IMG/VR virus record: IMGVR_UViG_3300017923_000003
Coordinates: 57,544-77,543 of that record
Strand: one strand, 5' to 3'
DNA length: 20,000 bases
DNA from: an uncultured virus (IMG/VR IMGVR_UViG_3300017923_000003)
Taxonomy: Duplodnaviria > Heunggongvirae > Uroviricota > Caudoviricetes
Shown: positions 1 to 9,139 of the stretch, piece after piece
Layout: each line of letters opens with the position of its first letter
How positions within the stretch are numbered: position 1 is the first letter of the stretch
Notes under the pieces: generated by a model
Told to the model about the DNA's origin: nothing
Database searches by the model: none
Seen by the model: the letters and a program-made list of their open reading frames with translations, nothing else
Translations under genes and position numbers: made by a program

Positions 1-1
1 A

Positions 2-3000
2 ACCCTGGTTAAATTTAATGACGAGATCCAAAAAGATTTCATAGATAAGACAACCAAATTCTATCAAGACCATATGAGTTTAATGACCGAGATAAGATCC
101 ATATTAGAAGAGAATGTTGTTATAGAAGAAAACCCAATGGGTCAAATGATGGGTGGTCAAAATAAAAACCGTGGAATGATGGACTTCATAAGAGAAGGAA
201 ACTATAAAGGTGCAGCTCAAGATGCTGGTTATAAATTATTAAATGCAATGGACCCAACAGGTTCTTTTGCTATGATGGCATCTATGGCTCCCACTTTCAT
301 GCAAGAATATATGTCAAACCCATCTATGATTTTAAAGGATGTTACTGAAGCAGGATTGAATCGTTTCTTAGGATTTGATGTTGTAGAGAAATTAGATGGG
401 CTTTTTGATCAAGCAAAAGCTGGTAAGAACTCTTTATTCAATAAGATGTCCTTATCCGATAATAAACTTGTCAAGATGTTGGGTGATACCTTAAGAGATA
501 AAGGTGATATAAACAGGGGCATCCAAACTGGCAATTATAATAAAGGTAGAACTTTCTTCGATGGTGTAACTAAAAAAGCAATAACTGAAGTTATACCAAC
601 ATACCTAAGAAAGATACTTTCAACACTTTCTGGTAATGAAGAGATGGTATTCAATTATGATACCGGTCAATATAAAGATGTGTCTGAAGTAGCAAAAGAA
701 TTTTACGATATGCGTCCAGATTTTAAAGGACAGTATGGTAGAATAACCAGTCTAGTAGAAAGTAACCTAGATAAAGACCGTGTTGGTGAAGTGGACTCAG
801 ATGCTTTAGAAGCCACAATGACAAAAATAACTGATAATCTTTTAGACCGTTCATACACTTTAGACGATATGTCGGTTATGAAATACAATAAGTTCATAAA
901 TATGATGGGTATGTCCCCAGATGAAATATCTAAATCTGAATATCAGTTAATTAGAAATGCAATAATGAAAGCCAAATCTGGAAAAGACCAAACTTCAGCC
1001 AGTGAGTTCAGAGATATCCAAAATGCAATGGGTGACTATAATGTTCAGATGTCAGATTATTATGCTGAGCAATCCCAAAGAGCTAATATGACTGGTGTTA
1101 ACACTTTAGTCGACGGTTCATTTAGATCTCAAAGTTACGGTGTAAACGGTATGGGTTCAAATGGAGAACCTCTAGCTGAAGATGATAAAAGAAAATATAA
1201 AAGTTTAAGTCAATATGACCCAACCAGAAATAGAAAAGATTTATCTGAGATGGGTAATAATTTTGACATCAATATGACAGAGGAAGATAAAAAAGTTTTA
1301 GAAGAGTCATATGATAAATTCAATACCCTTGATTATATTAATGCTTCTATGATGGGGGTTACAAATTTACCGTTCCTAGATAAAATCGGGGTAAACGACA
1401 TTAAAGAAATAAAGGAATGGAAAGATAATAACCCATATGATTTAGATAATATTATAAAATCTGGTGGACAAAGTATAGATGATATACATTCATCCTATAT
1501 GGATAACAAATTGGGACAGATTTTAACTGGTGTTAAAGATGCAACTGATGATTTTGAATCACCCAATATCAATATAGAAGATGAAAAAGATATAGAAGAT
1601 GAGGTCACAAAACAACTATCCAAAGGTGTATCCAAATTATTTTCTAAAGCAGCTGGTTCTCCCAGTTCAAATCCAGCTGTTGAAGCTCTTAAATCGGGTG
1701 GAGGATCCTCTGGTGATGACGGTTGGGATTTATTTAAAGATTATAACCCCAATGTAATGAAAGGGTTAGATTTTGGTGCTGGTGCTATGGGTGGTATCGG
1801 TATTGGTGCAATAGCTTCTACCGTTTTAACCGGTTCTCCTTTTATGGGTACTATGTTGACTTCCCTAATAGGTATTGGTTCAGGTATGATGGCAAACAAC
1901 TCTAAATTAAAAGAGAGATTATTTGGTGCCAAAAATAAAGATAAATCAATGATAACCAATATATCTGAGAAGTTTTTTGGGAAAGAGAGAACAGATAAAA
2001 TCCATAAATCAATTATGGATGCATATAAAGGTTTTAAAGACACTTTCCTAACACCAATTGGGGAGTGGCTTAAAAAACCAATAAATTGGGTTAAGGGTAA
2101 ACTCGGTATCGGGGATGATATGACAGAACCTAAAAGTGAAAATATCTCCCAAACCGACAGTGTAAATTTAGATGAAATAGATAACGAAGTAAAAAGAGAT
2201 GATGAAGGTGAAGAATACGGAGAAGGGGTAAATAGAGTTAAGGGTTTATATAGTGGTAAATCCAATAGAGCTTTATTTGGAAAAGGTATTCATTTCTTCT
2301 CACAAAAGGACGGCGATTATTCTTCTATTCCTTTAAGTGGTGGTTCAACAGTTGGTGAATCTGGTTGTGGTTTATTGACAGCTGCAATGGCTGTATCAAA
2401 TATACTTGATGTTGAAATAAAACCAGATGAACTAACAAATATAGCTAAAAAATATAAAGTCAAAAATGACGGTATATCTTTTGGTTTCTTCAGAGATGTT
2501 GGATACAGATTCGATATCTCAACTAACATATTCTCAAGAGAAGAGGTATCCCTTAAAGCATTAGATAATACCATATCAAGTGGTGCAATGGTTATCTCTT
2601 TATATGAAGATAAGTCGGGTTCCCTACATTATATATTAGTAAGAAACGGTAAGCAAAAACATTTTGCTGTAGATGATCCGATGAGAGGCAAAGGAATCGA
2701 TATACCAAAAAATCTAATATATGCTAAATCTAGAAACTTCATTGTATTCTATCCAGATACAGCATCTGAATCTAAAGAAAGAGATAATGAATTAAAAAAT
2801 TCAAAATCTATAAAGGAATTTTTCGGTGGTATGTTTAAAAAAAGTGGACTATCTAAAAAGATTTCTGATTTAGATGTCATGGGTAGTTTAAATAAATTAT
2901 CCAGTAAAGTATCAAACACCACAATGGAAAGTGTATTAAGTGATATCCAAAAGTCAGATACAGTTGTGGATATGAACGAATACAAAAAAGCTGCCGGTGG

Positions 3001-6000
3001 TGGTTCTGTACAAAAAAGAAATGAAGAGATATCAGAATCACCTATCAAAAAGTTCTCAAATAAAATAATGAGAAAACAAGAAGAACTTTTAAATGGTGTT
3101 GCATACAATATAGAATACATTAAAAGATTACTGGTTGGTCAATTTGGTGATTTGGATCCTTCACTAAGACCAGATAAAGAAGGTGTGTTCGGTGGTGTAT
3201 TCAAAAAAAGAAATGCCTTAATGTTAAAATTTAAAAATATGATGGGTAATTTCAAAGACCAATATATATCACCCATAACTGATTACTTGGGTAAGATAAA
3301 AGAGAATATAACCAAACCATTTACATTTTTAAAGAACCTACCATCAACTATCAAGGACAAAATAGATGGTCTGTTACCCTCCAAAGAGGATATCAAAAAC
3401 AAATGGAACGAATACACTGATAAATTAAAAGACTTAAGTGAAACGGTTTATCTATATGGTTTAGAATTCAAAGATAAGTTATCTGATGCAGCTAAATCTA
3501 TGAAAGAATCCGCTATAGAATTCATGAAAGATATGAAAAAGAGATCTGCCTCGGCTTGGGAAAGATGGAAAGAAGACATCTACCCATCAATTAAAGAGTC
3601 AATGGGTGAGTTTAAAGAAAGAGGAAAAGAATTCTTCACATCAGCTAAGGAACATTTAGCAAGTGGTATCTCTAAATTGTGGGGTGGAATAAAATCTGCT
3701 GGTAAGTGGGGTTTGGATAAAGCACTATCTGTTGGTAGTTTATTTTCTGATAAAGCTGGAAAGATAAAAGATAAGTTATTTTCCAAAAGGGTTCAGAAAG
3801 TATATGTTGATGGTGGTCATCTAGATGCTATTGGTGCTGTGGGTGCTATCGATGCTGATGCTTACAATGCAGCCAAAGATGATTTAGATAAAACTGAGAA
3901 TGCACAAAACCACGAAGGTAGAGATATTGATTTTGATTCTTCTACGGCTTTAACGGTTGCCGATAGACAACAGGAAATGGACATTTCAAATGAATCCAAA
4001 AGAACATCTTTACTTGGAAAAATAAAAGATAAACTCGGAAGTAAAAAAGGAAGTAAAGATGAAGGTGGGTTAATAGATGGTGTTTTACAAGAATCCATAG
4101 CTGAATTATTAGGTGGAACTGTCGGTGGTACTGTTGCCGGTGTCGCCACCAATGCTGTTGCAACTCACGGTGCTGGAGGAATATTGGCTGGTGCAGGTAT
4201 GGCAGCTTCTGGTGCGGCTGGTGCTGGTATGAGTGTCTGGGATGCCATTAAAGGTTTTATTCATGCAAGCGATATGCTTGATAAAGATGTTGATGAAACC
4301 ACATTTATAGATAAGGTGCTAACTGGTATGTCATCTGTTCTAGGTGGTACAGGTGATGGTGTATCAAATATTGTTTGGAATGCAGTTAAGTGGGGATTAA
4401 TAGGTACAGCTATAGGACCAGGGGTCGGTACAATAGCTGGTGCAGTATTGGGTGCTGGTATGGGTGCCGTAAATGGTTCAAGGATAGCTAAATTCCAAAC
4501 CGGAGTAAAAGATGCTATTTTTGGGTTTGGTAGTAAAATAACAACAAGTGTCAAAGAATTCTTTGTCGGTAATGATGGAGAAGGCGAAGATGCTAAAAAA
4601 GGTATCTTTGAGAAAATGGGTGAAAATGACGGGATAGTTGGTGCAATAAAAGGTGGTGCAGCTGGTGGTGCAATGGGTGGTCCATTGGGATTACTTATTG
4701 GTGCTGGTGTTGGTGCTTATGGTCCAGGTAAATTCTTAAAGAAAATTGCCAACCCAATTGAAACAATCGGTGATGTTGGTGGATGGATCGGTGATAAACT
4801 AATAGGTATCAAAGATGCAATCTGGGATTCTAAATTTGGCTCTTTCCTAGAAGCTGCTGGAAAAACTGCCGGTGATGTTGTAGACCAATTCATTAATGTT
4901 GACGAGATAGTCCAGGGTGTTAAAGAGAATGTGGAAGAAGCTAAATTAAAGATATCCGATACAGCTCAATCCATAAAAGATGGTTTACATGAAAAGATAG
5001 TCAAACCACTAGATGATAATATAGTAAGTCCTGTTCAAGAATCATTTACTGAATTCAAAAACAAAATAGTCGGTATAGGTGATAATGTAAAATCAAAGGT
5101 TGAAACAGCCTATGATGAATTTACCAAAAAAGTCACTGACTTGGGTGATGCCATATATGATAACACAATAGGTAAGGTTAAAGAATCATTTGAAACCATT
5201 GCTGAAAAGTTGGGCGAATTTAAAGATACAATTGTAGAGATTGTAACAAACCCTGGTGACTTTATTAAAAAGACTGCAGGTGGTTTTATAAATAGATATA
5301 CACCTAACTGGATGCAAAGTGCATACCAAAACACAACCGGGTTCTTTGGTAATATTGGAAATACATTCTCCAATGTATGGGGTGCTTTAGGAAACTTTGG
5401 TAGTTATTATGATCAAGCCGAAGCTAAAAGAGGAAGGGGTCAAACCCAACCTATTATGGGTCCAAGTGGTTACCCTGCAGCACATGGTGATGGTAGAGAT
5501 AATTTTGTTAACCAAAAATCCAATAAGTTTAAAAACTTAATGATCGGTTCTAAGAAATTCTCTAATAGTGGTTGTGCACCATCTGTATTATCAATGCTCC
5601 TTTCTAATTATGGTAAAAAGGTTCCAGTTGAAGTCCTAGCTAAAGATGCTGCACCTTACACAAGTAACGGCGGTGTTGTTATAGATTACTTTAAACACCA
5701 ATTCGAAAAACATAATTTAGAAGGAGATATGTATACTGAAAATATACCTGATCTAATGAATAATATGGCAGAAGGATCACAATCCGTGTTATTAACCAAA
5801 GCACAAAACGGAAATGACCATTATGTTCTGGTTAAAAAATCTGGTGGAAAATTGATGTTATTTGATCCACTTAAAAACAACACCAAAATGATTTCAGTAA
5901 ACGACAAAATAATAAGAGATGCTTCATTAGCTTATATGTCTCAACCTAAAATGGACCCCGAGAAGATGTTTAGTTTAAGTGATTTTAAAACCAGAGTTGG

Positions 6001-6448
6001 GGCAGGATTAGGTGCAGGTGTTGATTTATTAACTGGACAAAAAAGAGATAAGATAAAATCCATGGTCAACACACAAAGAGCAGATCAACTAAATAAGATA
6101 AGAAGTCTAAAAGACAGGGTATCTTATGGTAGGGATATCGAAAGAGAAATAAATAATACCACTTATAATAATTCCTCTAATTCTGAAACTATAAAAGACT
6201 TATCAGTTGATAATTCTAAAGTTGAAGAGAAATTAGATACTCTAATAGATGAGATTAAAAAATTGGCCGGAGTGTTCTCAACAGTAGGTAAAGAGATAGT
6301 TCAAAACTCCAACACCAATAATATAACCAGCAACAATAACACAAATAATGTTAATGCTGGTGGTAAAGATGAACAGAATTTAGACAAAAATAAAAGAGAT
6401 TCATTTATGGAAACAATCAACAAAATATCATCAGGGGTCTTAACTTAA
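2..6448 (+). CDS. Tape-measure-like giant tail protein (phiKZ gp181/AR9-type) with two C39-like peptidase domains; 5'-truncated by the window
   Basis: Frame is open from nt 2 (TLVKFNDEIQKDF...) through the 2124-aa ORF, so the start lies upstream. The motif FDGVTKKAITEVIPTYLRKIL resembles jumbo-phage tape-measure proteins. Long amphipathic helical tracts, Gly/Ala-rich hydrophobic segments and two Q..GC..H..DP modules are present. Confidence 0.8.
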   Translation, partial: TLVKFNDEIQKDFIDKTTKFYQDHMSLMTEIRSILEENVVIEENPMGQMMGGQNKNRGMMDFIREGNYKGAAQDAGYKLLNAMDPTGSFAMMASMAPTFMQEYMSNPSMILKDVTEAGLNRFLGFDVVEKLDGLFDQAKAGKNSLFNKMSLSDNKLVKMLGDTLRDKGDINRGIQTGNYNKGRTFFDGVTKKAITEVIPTYLRKILSTLSGNEEMVFNYDTGQYKDVSEVAKEFYDMRPDFKGQYGRITSLVESNLDKDRVGEVDSDALEATMTKITDNLLDRSYTLDDMSVMKYNKFINMMGMSPDEISKSEYQLIRNAIMKAKSGKDQTSASEFRDIQNAMGDYNVQMSDYYAEQSQRANMTGVNTLVDGSFRSQSYGVNGMGSNGEPLAEDDKRKYKSLSQYDPTRNRKDLSEMGNNFDINMTEEDKKVLEESYDKFNTLDYINASMMGVTNLPFLDKIGVNDIKEIKEWKDNNPYDLDNIIKSGGQSIDDIHSSYMDNKLGQILTGVKDATDDFESPNINIEDEKDIEDEVTKQLSKGVSKLFSKAAGSPSSNPAVEALKSGGGSSGDDGWDLFKDYNPNVMKGLDFGAGAMGGIGIGAIASTVLTGSPFMGTMLTSLIGIGSGMMANNSKLKERLFGAKNKDKSMITNISEKFFGKERTDKIHKSIMDAYKGFKDTFLTPIGEWLKKPINWVKGKLGIGDDMTEPKSENISQTDSVNLDEIDNEVKRDDEGEEYGEGVNRVKGLYSGKSNRALFGKGIHFFSQKDGDYSSIPLSGGSTVGESGCGLLTAAMAVSNILDVEIKPDELTNIAKKYKVKNDGISFGFFRDVGYRFDISTNIFSREEVSLKALDNTISSGAMVISLYEDKSGSLHYILVRNGKQKHFAVDDPMRGKGIDIPKNLIYAKSRNFIVFYPDTASESKERDNELKNSKSIKEFFGGMFKKSGLSKKISDLDVMGSLNKLSSKVSNTTMESVLSDIQKSDTVVDMNEYKKAAGGGSVQKRNEEISESPIKKFSNKIMRKQEELLNGVAYNIEYIKRLLVGQFGDLDPSLRPDKEGVFGGVFKKRNALMLKFKNMMGNFKDQYISPITDYLGKIKENITKPFTFLKNLPSTIKDKIDGLLPSKEDIKNKWNEYTDKLKDLSETVYLYGLEFKDKLSDAAKSMKESAIEFMKDMKKRSASAWERWKEDIYPSIKESMGEFKERGKEFFTSAKEHLASGISKLWGGIKSAGKWGLDKALSVGSLFSDKAGKIKDKLFSKRVQKVYVDGGHLDAIGAVGAIDADAYNAAKDDLDKTENAQNHEGRDIDFDSSTALTVADRQQEMDISNESKRTSLLGKIKDKLGSKKGSKDEGGLIDGVLQESIAELLGGTVGGTVAGVATNAVATHGAGGILAGAGMAASGAAGAGMSVWDAIKGFIHASDMLDKDVDETTFIDKVLTGMSSVLGGTGDGVSNIVWNAVKWGLIGTAIGPGVGTIAGAVLGAGMGAVNGSRIAKFQTGVKDAIFGFGSKITTSVKEFFVGNDGEGEDAKKGIFEKMGENDGIVGAIKGGAAGGAMGGPLGLLIGAGVGAYGPGKFLKKIANPIETIGDVGGWIGDKLIGIKDAIWDSKFGSFLEAAGKTAGDVVDQFINVDEIVQGVKENVEEAKLKISDTAQSIKDGLHEKIVKPLDDNIVSPVQESFTEFKNKIVGIGDNVKSKVETAYDEFTKKVTDLGDAIYDNTIGKVKESFETIAEKLGEFKDTIVEIVTNPGDFIKKTAGGFINRYTPNWMQSAYQNTTGFFGNIGNTFSNVWGALGNFGSYYDQAEAKRGRGQTQPIMGPSGYPAAHGDGRDNFVNQKSNKFKNLMIGSKKFSNSGCAPSVLSMLLSNYGKKVPVEVLAKDAAPYTSNGGVVIDYFKHQFEKHNLEGDMYTENIPDLMNNMAEGSQSVLLTKAQNGNDHYVLVKKSGGKLMLFDPLKNNTKMISVNDKIIRDASLAYMSQPKMDPEKMFSLSDFKTRVGAGLGAGVDLLTGQKRDKIKSMVNTQRADQLNKIRSLKDRVSYGRDIEREINNTTYNNSSNSETIKDLSVDNSKVEEKLDTLIDEIKKLAGVFSTVGKEIVQNSNTNNITSNNNTNNVNAGGKDEQNLDKNKRDSFMETINKISSGVLT
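2291..2754 (+). other. C39-like (papain-fold) cysteine peptidase domain 1 within the tape-measure protein
   Basis: FFSQKD...ESGCGLLTAAMAVS (Cys codon 2366)...LHYILV (His codon 2627)...VDDP (Asp codon 2675). Confidence 0.8.
5501..5940 (+). other. C39-like cysteine peptidase domain 2 within the tape-measure protein
   Basis: FVNQKS...NSGCAPSVLSMLLS (Cys codon 5573)...DHYVLV...LFDP. Confidence 0.8.
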
Positions 6449-6468
6449 AGCCCCTGTTTTTCTTTTTT
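6432..6468 (+). terminator. Intrinsic terminator-like hairpin overlapping the tape-measure stop codon
   Basis: CAGGGG(6432-6437)...CCCCTG(6451-6456) followed by TTTTTCTTTTTT. Confidence 0.6.
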
Positions 6469-6484
6469 GAGAGGGGGAAAAATT

Positions 6485-7879
6485 ATGTCAAAGACAGGTG
6501 AAACAGAAAGACTTTTAGGTTCTATGGCAAACCAATCTTCTAATTACAGTACCATTGATTTGCAAGGTCTTATAGGTGCACCTCCAATTTTCTCAACTTT
6601 AGCCGACACCAAAACAACGAATAACCCCTACGGTGGAGAATACGTTGAAAGATTTATTACTGAAGGGAATTTTGTTGCCTTTACTTGTGGTAAGGCTAAA
6701 CTTTTACCTGGTGAAGGAACAGGACAGGTATCTACTTTTATTAAAAGCTTAACATCAGATGGTGGAGAAGAAAATATTAATAAGATACTTAAGGACTATA
6801 AAAATGATAAGTTATTTGGTTTTAAAAATACCATGGCAGAATACTGGAGATACGTTGATATTTTAGCTGGTATATCTGCCAAAATGATGGGTGTTGATAC
6901 AATGGCCAGAGATGTTTTTGATGGTGTGTCCCATTTCAGCGAAATGCATTGGGGTGAATTTAAATCAAAATTTATAAATTATTCTATGTCACAGAAGGCA
7001 TCGGGTGAAGGGGACACAACTAAGTTCTGGCAATATGTTCCTTTCTATAATGACGGTATAGTTGAATCCAGTGAAATAATTGGGAACATGGTTGGACAAT
7101 CGTCTATAGAGGGTATGGTTAACAATTTCCAAGGAAAACAAAAGTTATCTGAAGTTTCCTTTCTAGCTGGTGCTGATGTTGCCAGGGATATAGAAAAAAT
7201 GAATACTGGTGCCACAAATGAGAGTATGGATACAGGCACGATGAATGCTTTGAGTGGTATGTTAGGCGGGGGTGTTTCTTCACTGGCTGTAAATGTTGCA
7301 CTACCCGATGTATGGAAGGATAGTTCTTATGATAAAATATATAATGTTAAATTTAAATTCTCAACACCACATGGTGATCCATTGAGTGTTTATATGAACA
7401 TAGTCGTTCCAATCTGTCATCTATTACCATTGGTTTCATCCAGAAGAATAAACATGTCAAACACTTACACATCACCATTTGTCTTAAGAGTTTTTTCAAA
7501 GGGTATGATGAATTGTGATATGGGAATGGCAACAGCAATAAACATTAACCGTCATCCAGAAAAGGTATCTATTGATGGTTTACCAACAGAAATTGATGTG
7601 ACAATGACAGTTAAAGATTTATATGCTTTAATGAACATGCCAGAAAAACCAAGTATATCGGGGATAATTAAAACCACAGGTTTAATGGGTTATCTTGGCA
7701 CCCTTTGTGGGTATAATATGAATAAGCCAGATCCAGAATTGATGGCTGAAATAAAACTATTATATGAAGTTAAAAAGAGGTTGTCTCCCGGCGAACTATA
7801 TCATTCTGCAAAAAGAAATGTTTCTGATATTGGTGTAAACACAGTAAATAGTCTTTTGGATACTTTCGGATTAAGATAA
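6485..7879 (+). CDS. Probable virion baseplate / tail-tube-initiator-like structural protein
   Basis: ATG 6485 follows a GAGAGGGGG RBS. Adjacent to the tape-measure gene. The C-terminal half (LPDVWKDSSY..Y.VKFKFSTPHGDP..YTSPFVLRV..G..NCDMG..I.I.R..DGLPTEIDVTMTVKDL) resembles tube-fold baseplate proteins of jumbo myophages. Confidence 0.5.
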   Translation: MSKTGETERLLGSMANQSSNYSTIDLQGLIGAPPIFSTLADTKTTNNPYGGEYVERFITEGNFVAFTCGKAKLLPGEGTGQVSTFIKSLTSDGGEENINKILKDYKNDKLFGFKNTMAEYWRYVDILAGISAKMMGVDTMARDVFDGVSHFSEMHWGEFKSKFINYSMSQKASGEGDTTKFWQYVPFYNDGIVESSEIIGNMVGQSSIEGMVNNFQGKQKLSEVSFLAGADVARDIEKMNTGATNESMDTGTMNALSGMLGGGVSSLAVNVALPDVWKDSSYDKIYNVKFKFSTPHGDPLSVYMNIVVPICHLLPLVSSRRINMSNTYTSPFVLRVFSKGMMNCDMGMATAININRHPEKVSIDGLPTEIDVTMTVKDLYALMNMPEKPSISGIIKTTGLMGYLGTLCGYNMNKPDPELMAEIKLLYEVKKRLSPGELYHSAKRNVSDIGVNTVNSLLDTFGLR

Positions 7880-7901
7880 AACTAACTATAAGCTCACCCA
7901 C

Positions 7902-7913
7902 AACAATTTTTTA
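7902..7913 (+). promoter_or_regulatory. AACA-N6-TA putative phage-RNAP (AR9 late-type) promoter
   Basis: AACA ATTTTT TA upstream of the RusA-like gene; the 15-mer AACAATTTTTTAGAA is identical to 10604-10618. Confidence 0.7.
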
Positions 7914-7962
7914 GAAAATAAGTAATTAATCGTTCATACAATGTAGGAGGTGTTTTTTTAGT

Positions 7963-8841
7963 TTGGTAGTTAAAATAGATGTAGATAGAATAAGATATTC
8001 AATAGATAATTATGTGCCAGCTAAAATTTCTAAAAACGATTTAATGCATGAAGATCTTTTTGATAAAAAATTATCCTTAGTTATCCCGGGTACACCTGTA
8101 AGTGATTCAAGACCTAGGGGTACTAAATCTGGACATTTCTATAACCCAAATAAAAATGCTTTAAAGAAGTTATTTAAAAAACTATATGAGGAAGATGAAC
8201 TATTATTAAACACATGTGTAACATACCCTCATATGTTGGTTTTAAGGATATATGTAGAACCAAAAAAAGCATTCGATGCAGCATTGCCTGATGAGATTTT
8301 AGAAAAAGAAAATGCTCCTGCTTTGGGTTCAAAGGATAATGATAATATAGAAAAGGTACATTGGGATATATTACAAGATGACGCTTTTAAAATAATATTA
8401 AATGACAGTTCAATAATTAAAAATTATACAGAAAAATATTATTCCAATAATCCCAGAGTAGAAATAGATGTGTTATACTCAGAAGATTATCTTTATGACT
8501 GTTATGAAAAATCAATAAAGAAATCTATGGTGTATAATAAATTTAAACTTTCTAGAAAATATATAGAAATGAAAGGTTTAGAGGGTAAGGAACTGTTTGA
8601 GCATTTTAAAAAATTCATAAAGAAACTAAAGTTCCACACATCGTATTCACATATAAAAGATAAAGCTAAAAGAAAAAATAAATGTATCGATAAAGCTGCT
8701 AAATATATCAACAGTGTTTTCTATGCAGATGAAGTCATAACCATTTTAGAAAATATAAACCCTAAACTATTGGGTGGAAAAAAATCTAAAAATGTGAATG
8801 CTCTTTCAACTTATGTTGTGGAGTCTAAAGGTAAACTATAA
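7963..8841 (+). CDS. rusA: RusA-like Holliday junction resolvase with basic C-terminal extension
   Basis: TTG start after GGAGGTG. Contains IPGTPVSDSRPR, KDNDNIEKVHWDIL (DxDNxxK...D), ILNDSSI and EKYYSNNPRVEIDV, matching RusA motifs. Confidence 0.75.
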   Translation: MVVKIDVDRIRYSIDNYVPAKISKNDLMHEDLFDKKLSLVIPGTPVSDSRPRGTKSGHFYNPNKNALKKLFKKLYEEDELLLNTCVTYPHMLVLRIYVEPKKAFDAALPDEILEKENAPALGSKDNDNIEKVHWDILQDDAFKIILNDSSIIKNYTEKYYSNNPRVEIDVLYSEDYLYDCYEKSIKKSMVYNKFKLSRKYIEMKGLEGKELFEHFKKFIKKLKFHTSYSHIKDKAKRKNKCIDKAAKYINSVFYADEVITILENINPKLLGGKKSKNVNALSTYVVESKGKL

Positions 8842-8857
8842 AAAAAGGGTGAGCTTA

Positions 8858-9139
8858 ATGATTGCGACAGTAGAAGAAAAAGACAAACTGCTTTTAATGA
8901 ATATAGCAAATGAGATAATAAAAAAAACTGATATAGAAGTTTCTGCTAAAGATATAAATCGTTTATTTGGTGAGTTTGTGAATAGGGAAAGAACACTTTC
9001 AACACTTCTTTCCTTGTCCAATAATTTCTATCATAAAAAGGATATTAAAGAAGTTTTAGAAAAAGAAAATTCTAAAGAATTTGTATCCTATCATGTTAAT
9101 AACTATAATAAAAAAAGAGGTGTAGATAATGTACTTTAA
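8858..9139 (+). CDS. Hypothetical protein (93 aa)
   Basis: ATG 8858 after AGGGTGA RBS; its end overlaps the next gene's start. Confidence 0.65.
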   Translation: MIATVEEKDKLLLMNIANEIIKKTDIEVSAKDINRLFGEFVNRERTLSTLLSLSNNFYHKKDIKEVLEKENSKEFVSYHVNNYNKKRGVDNVL

